64,000 bases of DNA from IMG/VR virus record IMGVR_UViG_3300020576_002679. One strand, written 5' to 3'. Positions 56,492 to 64,000 of this stretch are shown piece after piece. The notes under the pieces were generated by a model. The model was given only the letters and a program-made list of their open reading frames with translations, had not been told where the DNA came from and made no database searches. The position numbers and the translations under genes are program-made. Origin of the DNA: an uncultured virus (IMG/VR IMGVR_UViG_3300020576_002679) (lineage: Duplodnaviria > Heunggongvirae > Uroviricota > Caudoviricetes). Numbering within the stretch: position 1 is the stretch's first letter; every line of letters starts with the position of its first letter.

Positions 56492-57151
56492 TTACCAAAT
56501 GATTTTAATGAATAATGATTGATTGAATTCTTGTTCACTTACTGCAATTAAGTCCCCGGAGGCACCCTGATACGCCCGCTTCAGTAATATATTCCCGCTG
56601 CCCTCTAGCTTCGCATACACCTTATACACCTTTGTGTAAACACTACCTTCCGCCCTAGCTGCCACGCTATCGCCCGCCTCCGCCTCTTTATAGCTGATAA
56701 GCTGTCCGTCCTTGAACTGCATAGCCATCTTCCTAGCTGTAGCGTCTGCCAGTTCATTAAACGGGTTACCGGCATGGCCTACTATATACTTGAATTTAGG
56801 CTTTAGCTTCATACCTAACACAAATATCTGTTTGAGTAGAGATAAGTTAGCCCACCCTTCGCAGCCCTTCCAATCTTTTTTCCCCATCACCCACGTTCTT
56901 TCAATATACTCTAGCGCCTGATGAGAATCAACATGGAATATGATATCTGTAGGCGTATTCTTTTGCTCATCTGCCCAACGCAATGCCTCCAATATTGCCA
57001 TTACCTCCATCTGTAAAGCGGAAGTGTGACAAGCTCCACCGGAGCGAATAACTGTGTTTTGAGAAATGGCTACTTCATTAGTAGCTACAAAAGCCCATCC
57101 ACCGGGTCCACCAGGGTTAACTAAACAGGAACCGTCTGTATAAAATCTCAT
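56492..57151 (-). CDS. rnhA: Ribonuclease HI
   Basis: YTDGSCLVNPGGPGGW, MEVMA, VDS, GHAGNPFNELADATA. Confidence 0.92.
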   Translation of the reverse strand: MRFYTDGSCLVNPGGPGGWAFVATNEVAISQNTVIRSGGACHTSALQMEVMAILEALRWADEQKNTPTDIIFHVDSHQALEYIERTWVMGKKDWKGCEGWANLSLLKQIFVLGMKLKPKFKYIVGHAGNPFNELADATARKMAMQFKDGQLISYKEAEAGDSVAARAEGSVYTKVYKVYAKLEGSGNILLKRAYQGASGDLIAVSEQEFNQSLFIKIIW

Positions 57152-57396
57152 TTTGTAGACTTTTTTCTTTTGCTTTTCTGCTCCGATACCTCATCTAAAC
57201 TTTGACAAAGGTCACTGTAAGACTCTGCTTTCTGATTCAAGATGATAACCTTAATGCCATAAACATAACCGTAATCAAGAAACCCGCCACTAACGGCCTT
57301 GTCAATCTGACTGCGCTTCCGCTTTACAGCATCCGCAAACCCCTGAACTAAAATAACAGGTATGTTGGTAGTTACCTTTACTTTAACCTCAGACAT
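57148..57396 (-). CDS. Hypothetical small DNA-binding-like protein
   Basis: Coupled 82-aa ORF. Confidence 0.5.
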   Translation of the reverse strand: MSEVKVKVTTNIPVILVQGFADAVKRKRSQIDKAVSGGFLDYGYVYGIKVIILNQKAESYSDLCQSLDEVSEQKSKRKKSTK

Positions 57397-59461
57397 CGCT
57401 ATCGTTTATAATTACCGGTAATCTGTAATAGCTATTACCCTCAATATGAAATCTTGTTTCTTCTTCCTCACATTTAATACTGTTAGAAGCACCTAGCATC
57501 CAAAAACAGTTTCCGGCATAATGCTTTTTCTGTCCTGCATCTATCACTAATCCAACGGACTCATAACCCTCAAGAATTTTAATATAGCATGACCCCCACT
57601 CTATAACGAGTTTTTGCATTATCGTTTCAGTAATGGCAAAATCAGGAATACATAGTAGCAACGCAATTCCATCAGGATTTTCACCGCACCAAGTAAACAT
57701 ATACTTCTGTGCCTTATCTACGGCAGTTCCCAAGGCAGCATATTCTTCTACCCGGTTAAAGAATGAATCTTTAGGGATGATATTACCTACCGTATCTTTT
57801 GGAGTAAAGCAGCCTATCGCTGTTTCTGCTTCCGGTAACAGACCTGACATGGCAAGCATATTGAGCGCCATTTGAGTATTCTCATTTTTCAAGTTACCCG
57901 AAACAAACACACCTATCTTTCTCATAGGGAAGAACTTTTTAGTATCGGGTGCGTTCACTTCCTTACGGCTAATTTCATAAACCTTCGCACCTGCTTTACC
58001 TACCCACATTTCAGCCTCATAGCGATTGTCACGCTTTAAACTGAGGATAGGAGGAAGGAATTTTATATAGTTAGTACGGAACCAAAAGAAGTTTCCCGAG
58101 AAATGGTCCTCCCATGTGTTTTGAGCCAAAAGCCAGTTACAGCCGGCTAGCTCATAGCCTGCATCTAGCGCGCAGATGCTTTTCTTCCACAGGCGCAGAT
58201 TGTAATGATTAAGATAGTCCCGCCAGTTCTTACAGCTATCGCGCTGCTTCGTTACTCCCTTAGTATGGAAGTAAAACCCGTAAAACTCCTTTTCCGTTTT
58301 ATCGGCATCCGCTTTTATTAAGTCCAGTGCAGGGAACTCAAACACCTTTGCATCGGTAGTATAATAAACTACTTCTACCTTTTTATAGGAACGCATCAAT
58401 TTCCGAAAACTATCTAGCTCCACCGCGTTACCAACAAACGAAACTTTAATAAGCTCTAGCCTGTCATACAGGCCCGAGTTTGATATGATAGCCATTTGCT
58501 CACAAACTACGTCCCCCCAATTATTAGCAGCCATTACATGCCAGTAGCCCACTACCTTAATATCCTTAGATGGAATACGGTTTTTAGCATCGCTAGTAAG
58601 AACAAAGTCAGCAGCAATACCGAAAGCACGTCTGTAATACGCAACCAGTTTGTTATAGAAACGAGCTAATCGGTAATCGTTTTCATTACCGAGCTCCGAG
58701 CCCGCAAGAGAGAACGCAGCATAACCATGGTATAGAGTTTCCTCCGTCCAGTTCTGATGGTGCATGGTTATAAAAACAGGGTAAAATACCTTTGCCGGTT
58801 CAGGTGCAGGATATAGCCCCTCAATAGCACAGGCCATATTTATACAGAACTCTTCTGTCTTCGAACGGTGATGCTCTACATACCCGGTGAAGGTTTTATC
58901 TTTCCATACCCGCAAAGCAGTTGAAAACAAACGTTCAGCCGCTACCGACTTTCTAAAGAACAGAAAAGAAGCATTAATCTGAGGAAGAAGATTGTTGGCC
59001 GGCACCATAAAGTGATTCATAGCAGGTTCAGGCTTTCCGTCCTTTACCCACCATGTATATTTATCTGATGATTTGCCGCCTCTTTCATAGAAGCCCGTTG
59101 TCATGGCTAGAAAATCCTTTCCACCCTCACACTTATTAAACAGTGCAGCAGCGCCTTTACCCGGAAGTATTAATGTATCGGCATCCAGTAAAATAGTTTC
59201 CTCAAATGGCGATAATTCATACGCAAGAAGTTTGGCGTACATTGCCCGGTGAAGATTTACATGGTAATCTTTTAACCGCTCACTGATATCCCTGCAATGT
59301 GTGAAGAAAGAGGAGCGAATAGATACTGATGCGGGTAAGCCCTGATGAAGGAGCATAACATCAATATCGTTTGATTTGTTGGCGCGTATAGATAGGCACA
59401 GATTCAATGCCATTTCGCAGTATTTATCTCCTAGCGCAACTATTACTATTCCTTTGCTCAT
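57389..59461 (-). CDS. Multi-domain glycosyltransferase-like protein
   Basis: GT-A N-terminus (AKL.AYELSPFEETILLDADT, INASFLFF); middle YFHTKG..NFFWF..RYEAEMW domain; degenerate third copy (HYAGNCFW). Confidence 0.75.
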   Translation of the reverse strand: MSKGIVIVALGDKYCEMALNLCLSIRANKSNDIDVMLLHQGLPASVSIRSSFFTHCRDISERLKDYHVNLHRAMYAKLLAYELSPFEETILLDADTLILPGKGAAALFNKCEGGKDFLAMTTGFYERGGKSSDKYTWWVKDGKPEPAMNHFMVPANNLLPQINASFLFFRKSVAAERLFSTALRVWKDKTFTGYVEHHRSKTEEFCINMACAIEGLYPAPEPAKVFYPVFITMHHQNWTEETLYHGYAAFSLAGSELGNENDYRLARFYNKLVAYYRRAFGIAADFVLTSDAKNRIPSKDIKVVGYWHVMAANNWGDVVCEQMAIISNSGLYDRLELIKVSFVGNAVELDSFRKLMRSYKKVEVVYYTTDAKVFEFPALDLIKADADKTEKEFYGFYFHTKGVTKQRDSCKNWRDYLNHYNLRLWKKSICALDAGYELAGCNWLLAQNTWEDHFSGNFFWFRTNYIKFLPPILSLKRDNRYEAEMWVGKAGAKVYEISRKEVNAPDTKKFFPMRKIGVFVSGNLKNENTQMALNMLAMSGLLPEAETAIGCFTPKDTVGNIIPKDSFFNRVEEYAALGTAVDKAQKYMFTWCGENPDGIALLLCIPDFAITETIMQKLVIEWGSCYIKILEGYESVGLVIDAGQKKHYAGNCFWMLGASNSIKCEEEETRFHIEGNSYYRLPVIINDSDV

Positions 59462-59483
59462 TATATCAATACAATTACTGTTT

Positions 59484-59550
59484 CAAATATATAACTGCAA
59501 TTATATACTTAAAACAGGAAAGCCGCCAGTTCCCCTGACGGCTTTCTTTC
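59484..59550 (-). promoter_or_regulatory. Terminator hairpin followed by promoter for the glycosylation operon
   Basis: GAAAGCCGCCAG...CTGACGGCTTTC hairpin; TATATTTG at 59484-59491. Confidence 0.55.
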
Positions 59551-59573
59551 CACATTAAAGAAGATGAATGTTA

Positions 59574-60089
59574 TTAAATCAATACACCGGGTCCAGGGTA
59601 ACCAACACCTCTATTGGTATTAGTTTGATCGCCCTCTACAGTAAGAATCTTGCTGTCCTTTTGGGTAATTCCACCATCCAAGTAAAGATTTGTATCACCG
59701 GTATCAGCTTTTAACTCGCGCTGCGTAATTCGGTCATCATTAATGATAACAGTTTTATACGGAGTCTTTAGCTCATTGTAAATGTTCACCGCTTTCAATC
59801 CTGTATATTTACGAAGAGCGTTAGTGTAAGTAGCTAACCAAGTATATAAATCATCAATAGTTTGACCGCCAGTGCGGAATACATATACTGACTCTCTGAT
59901 AGCATACGGTTGACGGTAATGAATTTCGAATACCGGAATCTTATTATCGTTTTCATCTAGCGCCTGAGAAACAAGTGCAAGATTAATATAGTCCGTATTC
60001 AAATCGGCTAAGTAAGGACCCGGTTGAACATATTCACCGTTTACAATAAACGCAGTGGTTATAGGAAAGAACTTGTTTTGTGCAGACAT
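59574..60089 (-). CDS. Hypothetical protein with own promoter and terminator
   Basis: 171-aa ORF in a monocistronic layout. Confidence 0.65.
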   Translation of the reverse strand: MSAQNKFFPITTAFIVNGEYVQPGPYLADLNTDYINLALVSQALDENDNKIPVFEIHYRQPYAIRESVYVFRTGGQTIDDLYTWLATYTNALRKYTGLKAVNIYNELKTPYKTVIINDDRITQRELKADTGDTNLYLDGGITQKDSKILTVEGDQTNTNRGVGYPGPGVLI

Positions 60090-60154
60090 GGTTAAAGTTT
60101 TTACCTAGCGGTTGGAGTAATGCAGGTTACAGGAGCAATTCTGCAAGGACGATT

Positions 60155-60185
60155 CAAAAATAAAGATTGTTTCCAAACTTCCAAA
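60155..60185 (-). promoter_or_regulatory. Consensus Bacteroidota sigma-70 promoter
   Basis: TTTG(60185-82)-N19-TATTTTTG(60162-55). Confidence 0.7.
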
Positions 60186-60188
60186 CCC

Positions 60189-60932
60189 CTACTTAAAAAA
60201 TCTTACCTGATACTGGATATTTAAAGTATGCGCGTTATTATGGCCGTCATAGATATAACCTAGCTGACCTATCTTAGGAAGCGATAGCCCGATAGATGGC
60301 CCTAGTCCCCACCTGTCTTTAAATGAACCATTATAACTGCCTGCAATACCTACATATAAATGTATTTTCTCCTTCTCAAATTTAGTCACCTTCTTTTCGG
60401 TTACCAAATCTAAGTTCTGATAACTGATAGCACCTCCGACCAATTCACCCCTTACAGTATCACGAACTAGAATACGATAAGTGTGGACGCGCAGCATGGT
60501 CCGCTTAAATCTGCCATCCGTCCAAGTAGTATCGCTAATAGTAGTATCGCGCTCATAAGCATAAAGCTCATCGCAATTATCATACCCTATAAACTCCACC
60601 TCCGATTCAACGGAGGAATCGGGTTTTATTCCAATGCTATCGGGTTGACATCCCTCCAAAGGAGAACTCTTCACAATAACTACCTTAACAGGTTTTTTGA
60701 TTATTTTTTTTGGTGCAGGTACCGTATTAACTACTTCTCTGATTTTATCCGGCTTATGCTGAAGCGTATCAATTATCGTAACATACTTCTTATCTAGGCA
60801 ATCATCACAACTAAATCCCTGCCGGCACTTGATGAAGAAATAAAGCAGGATGAAAAATGCGGGTATAAATATCAGGTTAGCACCCAAAGAGTAAAACCGA
60901 AGTTTACGCCAAAAAGTAGTTTCTTCTGCCAT
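60189..60932 (-). CDS. Membrane-anchored lysis-associated (spanin-like) protein
   Basis: N-terminal TM segment, beta-strand-like C-terminus ending RFFK, directly after the endolysin. Confidence 0.55.
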   Translation of the reverse strand: MAEETTFWRKLRFYSLGANLIFIPAFFILLYFFIKCRQGFSCDDCLDKKYVTIIDTLQHKPDKIREVVNTVPAPKKIIKKPVKVVIVKSSPLEGCQPDSIGIKPDSSVESEVEFIGYDNCDELYAYERDTTISDTTWTDGRFKRTMLRVHTYRILVRDTVRGELVGGAISYQNLDLVTEKKVTKFEKEKIHLYVGIAGSYNGSFKDRWGLGPSIGLSLPKIGQLGYIYDGHNNAHTLNIQYQVRFFK

Positions 60933-60934
60933 GA

Positions 60935-61372
60935 TTATATGTTTTTGTATTCTTCTTTAGCATCAAAGCAAGGGCACAATTTCACCCATTCAGACTTTTC
61001 TACAATACCATTTTTATTTAAGTCAGGAGAAAGGTCACGATGACCGACAATTCTAGCCTGCGGAAATCTTGTTTTGTAATTAGTAATCAACTCGAGCATC
61101 TTCTTTTTCTGTGCATCGGTGCGCGTGTCTGTTCCATCCCAACCGCCCTTATAGCAAATGTGTATAGCATTTGCATTATACCCCTTAACGCCATTACTTA
61201 CTTCATCATCGGGAGTTAAATGCTCCGCGCTTCCATCTTCACTAATAAGCCAATGGTAGCCGTATTTATTCCACCCTAATTTATTCTTCCAATAAGAAAT
61301 AATGTCGGTAGTTTTCTGCTGCGCTCTCCCGGCAGTACAGTGCAAAACAATATGAGTAATGGTCCGCTTCAT
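60935..61372 (-). CDS. N-acetylmuramoyl-L-alanine amidase (endolysin)
   Basis: HIVLHCTAG, GYHWLI, HICYKGG, VGHRDLSPD..KLCPCFD. Confidence 0.92.
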   Translation of the reverse strand: MKRTITHIVLHCTAGRAQQKTTDIISYWKNKLGWNKYGYHWLISEDGSAEHLTPDDEVSNGVKGYNANAIHICYKGGWDGTDTRTDAQKKKMLELITNYKTRFPQARIVGHRDLSPDLNKNGIVEKSEWVKLCPCFDAKEEYKNI

Positions 61373-61384
61373 GGTATAAAAATA

Positions 61385-61417
61385 AAAAACCCTCCCAAAT
61401 ACATGAGAGGGTTTTTT
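61385..61417 (-). terminator. Intrinsic terminator
   Basis: AAAAACCCTC..GAGGGTTTTT hairpin. Confidence 0.65.
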
Positions 61418-61436
61418 ACCTAAACTTAAATTAAGC

Positions 61437-61799
61437 CTACTCTTGTAGCTTCAACTTTTTAAACAACGAAGTAAATATGCCCTTCACGAAATCAATGTTG
61501 TCAATGTTACCATCGCCATCCGGGTCCAGTGCATTTACAAATTGTTCACCTTTTGCAAAGAACTTATCATCGCCTGTTCCTTCTGTTGTAGAAGAAATTG
61601 CCGCACCTATTTTAATACTTGCGCGCAAAATCTTAACCGGATTAGGCTTTTCAGTGAAATCGGCAACGACCAACTTCGCCTTGATACGCTCCAAAACCTC
61701 GTCAGCAGATACACCGGCTTCACCAGGTATAGTCTTTAACGACTCAATAACAACGTCAGCAACATTGTCAACTAACAAATCAATTTTTTCTTTTTGCAT
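61437..61799 (-). CDS. Hypothetical protein
   Basis: 120 aa; DPDGDGNID EF-hand-like loop. Confidence 0.6.
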   Translation of the reverse strand: MQKEKIDLLVDNVADVVIESLKTIPGEAGVSADEVLERIKAKLVVADFTEKPNPVKILRASIKIGAAISSTTEGTGDDKFFAKGEQFVNALDPDGDGNIDNIDFVKGIFTSLFKKLKLQE

Positions 61800-61844
61800 A
61801 AAATTGGTTTAAGATTATAAATAATGAGGACGAATGTAAAAAAA

Positions 61845-62123
61845 TTATTCTTCGTCAATATCTTTTTTCCTCCACAGCAAATAAGTCTTTACTACGTTGA
61901 ACACGATAAGTGAAATGGAAACACCTGCGGTAAGACCTAGTTGAATCAACGGAATAATATCTAAGGGCATTGACATGATAAAAACTTGTAGGTATATTGC
62001 TCCAATTCCTACGCCAACGTTTATAGCGTTTACCTTATCCCATATAGCATCTACTACCAGTATGAATAAATGTTTAACTATTTCCGTTATCTGCATTGGC
62101 TGTTTTCTGTGTATTGTTTTCAT
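61845..62123 (-). CDS. Holin-like membrane protein
   Basis: Two TM segments and a charged tail; near the endolysin. Confidence 0.5.
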   Translation of the reverse strand: MKTIHRKQPMQITEIVKHLFILVVDAIWDKVNAINVGVGIGAIYLQVFIMSMPLDIIPLIQLGLTAGVSISLIVFNVVKTYLLWRKKDIDEE

Positions 62124-62502
62124 TAGTCTTTGATTTTGTCAACCACTTTATTTTCATGGCTATAGCATCAGCCAATAGGCCAGCCAAGATAAAAGGAGGT
62201 ATATTCTTGCTTATTTCCTCCGGCAAATGATCCATTCCGCTTCCAACAATAGCCGTAGCCCCTGCTATTACAACAACATTGCCTATAAGAAAAGTGTAAA
62301 AGAACCTCCATCCATTGTCACGAATAGAAAACCAAAAGTCAAATTTTTCGGGAGTGCGAGAACTTAATTTATCCCTTGAAGCAAGTTCAATTCCAAATAC
62401 TATACCGGCACCAAAAAGGAACTGAATCAAACTGCCAATTACATTGCCAGGTATCGCTTCTGCCCCATAAACTGCATGAAATACATCATTGAAGAAGTTC
62501 AT
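62074..62502 (-). CDS. Holin-like membrane protein
   Basis: Three hydrophobic segments; SRTPEKFDFWF..DN. Confidence 0.55.
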   Translation of the reverse strand: MNFFNDVFHAVYGAEAIPGNVIGSLIQFLFGAGIVFGIELASRDKLSSRTPEKFDFWFSIRDNGWRFFYTFLIGNVVVIAGATAIVGSGMDHLPEEISKNIPPFILAGLLADAIAMKIKWLTKSKTNENNTQKTANADNGNS

Positions 62503-62511
62503 AAAGTTTAT

Positions 62512-63675
62512 TTAATCGGTGAATATAAGATTTACCCAAACTTGAATACCATTAGGATTCGTTGCCCATGTAGGCGTTACCCATTTCATTTCAATTTTAT
62601 CCCCTGCGGTTACTGCGGTGGATAGCGAATTATTATAGTATTCTAATGAAGTTCCGAACGCTTGCGCTGTGCTGTTTAAGGTTATGTCGGTTGTGTTATT
62701 CACCCTCAAATACATCGTGCTAGTTTCGGCCGATGCGTTGGATATAGTATTTTTAGTGCTGATACACACCGCAATTAAATTACCTGTAAATGGAATTATA
62801 AACTGCCTTACACCTGCCCCTATACCCATTGGCGCGCCTTGAATAGTTCCCCAATAATAAGTTGTAGCATCGTTAGGGGAAAATGCAGTATGTCCCGCGA
62901 ATGAAAGCGTATATCTGTTACCTGTCGCCCCCGTTGCGCCAGTTGCGCCAGTTGCCCCTGTTGAGCCAACCGCGCCAGTAGCGCCTATACTTCCTGTCGC
63001 ACCTGTCGCGCCCGTATTTCCTGTAACACCCTGCGCTCCTGTTGCCCCTGTAGCACCAGTATTTCCCGTTGCGCCTGTGACACCACTTACCGTTTGCCAT
63101 GTTGCAGTTCCCGAACCATCAGTTGACATTACTTGATTTGGCGTTCCGTCAGATATAGGTAGATAATAGCTATTTGAAACCTTAACTGAACCGCCCGCAA
63201 TTTTTATATTTCCCGTAACGGCATTTGTAGATAAATTTATTTCTTCTGCTAACAGAGTAAATGGCATTGTGTTAGGAGTAGTATTGTGTAAGTCGTTACC
63301 GGTAGAATCCCAAAAAGAAATATCACCACCTGTTGGACCCGTTACACCTGTATTCCCTGTTATTCCCTGTGCGCCAGTTGCACCGGTACCGCCTGTGCTC
63401 CCTGTTGAACCCGTTGCACCTTTAGCCCCAGTTGCGCCAGTTGTACCCTGCGACCCAAGCGGGTACCAAGCTCCTTCATCGTAAAACCACGCTCCTAAAG
63501 GTAATCTGTTTGCCGGTGTAGGCACACCTTTGTAATTTCTTACTATCACTAAATTATTAGGAGTGCCCGGAGTAGCTTGAGTGATATTGCCATGAGTAAC
63601 CAATACTGTTCCACTTTGAGCGAACCCAAAATAAATCAGACAGGCAAATAAGACGAGTAGTATATTTTTTTTCAT
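62512..63675 (-). CDS. Collagen-like (GXT) fibre protein with signal peptide
   Basis: Two Gly-X-Thr runs; [14 protein letters not shown]; beta-rich C-terminal head; start [20 protein letters not shown] at 63675 with TAATG overlap. Confidence 0.8.
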   Translation of the reverse strand: MKKNILLVLFACLIYFGFAQSGTVLVTHGNITQATPGTPNNLVIVRNYKGVPTPANRLPLGAWFYDEGAWYPLGSQGTTGATGAKGATGSTGSTGGTGATGAQGITGNTGVTGPTGGDISFWDSTGNDLHNTTPNTMPFTLLAEEINLSTNAVTGNIKIAGGSVKVSNSYYLPISDGTPNQVMSTDGSGTATWQTVSGVTGATGNTGATGATGAQGVTGNTGATGATGSIGATGAVGSTGATGATGATGATGNRYTLSFAGHTAFSPNDATTYYWGTIQGAPMGIGAGVRQFIIPFTGNLIAVCISTKNTISNASAETSTMYLRVNNTTDITLNSTAQAFGTSLEYYNNSLSTAVTAGDKIEMKWVTPTWATNPNGIQVWVNLIFTD

Positions 63676-64000
63676 TAATTCGCAAGAGTCCAATCTGCGC
63701 TACTGCTAGTTCCTGTAGCAAAGTAAAGTTTTTTCGTATTTGTATCAATATACATATCTCCTATTTTGCCAGGTGTGCTTGATGGCGAAACAGTTCCACT
63801 ACTTATAGCAGGTGCGGCATTTGCCGCCCAACTTGCCAAACCTGTAGCGTCAGAAGTTAAAACGTAGCCGCTCGATTGCGTTCCGTCAGATACCTTCAAT
63901 GATCCATGAACGTGAAGCATCGCATCTGATGGAGTAGGTATATCTGTAGACCTTAATGCGCTACCGATAGCCATATTCCCGTTTTTTATAATTAAGAGAT
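63675..64000 (-). CDS. Tail-fibre-like protein, C-terminal part (5' end outside window)
   Basis: [38 protein letters not shown]. Confidence 0.7.
   Translation of the reverse strand, partial: LLIIKNGNMAIGSALRSTDIPTPSDAMLHVHGSLKVSDGTQSSGYVLTSDATGLASWAANAAPAISSGTVSPSSTPGKIGDMYIDTNTKKLYFATGTSSSADWTLAN

Noticed and set aside
62920..63450. 9-bp periodic DNA repeats
   Set aside because: Explained by Gly-X-Thr collagen coding.
1..64000. Stop-codon reassignment as in some crAss-like phages
   Set aside because: Long ORFs are intact in code 11, TAG ends several well-bounded genes, and no suppressor tRNA was seen.
1..64000. CRISPR array, diversity-generating retroelement, introns or inteins
   Set aside because: No repeat-spacer array, no reverse transcriptase motifs, and TerL/DnaB have uninterrupted motif spacing.

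Overview
This window is most of a tailed dsDNA phage genome, probably infecting Bacteroidota (inferred from TAnnTTTG promoters, A-rich translation starts without Shine-Dalgarno motifs, and signal peptides ending before Q). Four blocks are visible. (1) 1-34 kb, minus strand: a crAss-like/podovirus virion module with GroES-like, terminase, portal, scaffold, major capsid, ring/tail and ejection genes. It ends in a >2,980-codon DarB-like gene (ParB-like + N6-methyltransferase + SNF2 helicase) that the ORF track missed because it runs off the left edge. (2) 34.2-41.1 kb, plus strand: lambda-like replication genes (DUF1376-type initiator with internal repeats, DnaB), a PAPS-reductase-like gene and a serine recombinase. 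(3) 41.1-51.8 kb: a C-rich non-coding putative terminus, then small early genes and two DNA methyltransferases, with no GATC seen. (4) 51.8-64 kb, minus strand: collagen-like fibre, lysis genes, a glycosylation cluster, RNase H, an SSB-like gene and an RyR + Acb2/Tad1-like fusion. One fMet-like tRNA is present. The best leads are hidden products inside the giant gene (a nested TnpV-like gene, a second nested ORF and an A_AAA_AAG -1 frameshift site), and signal peptides on the capsid and fibre proteins alongside phage glycosyltransferases. All family assignments are by-eye motif recognition, not database searches.
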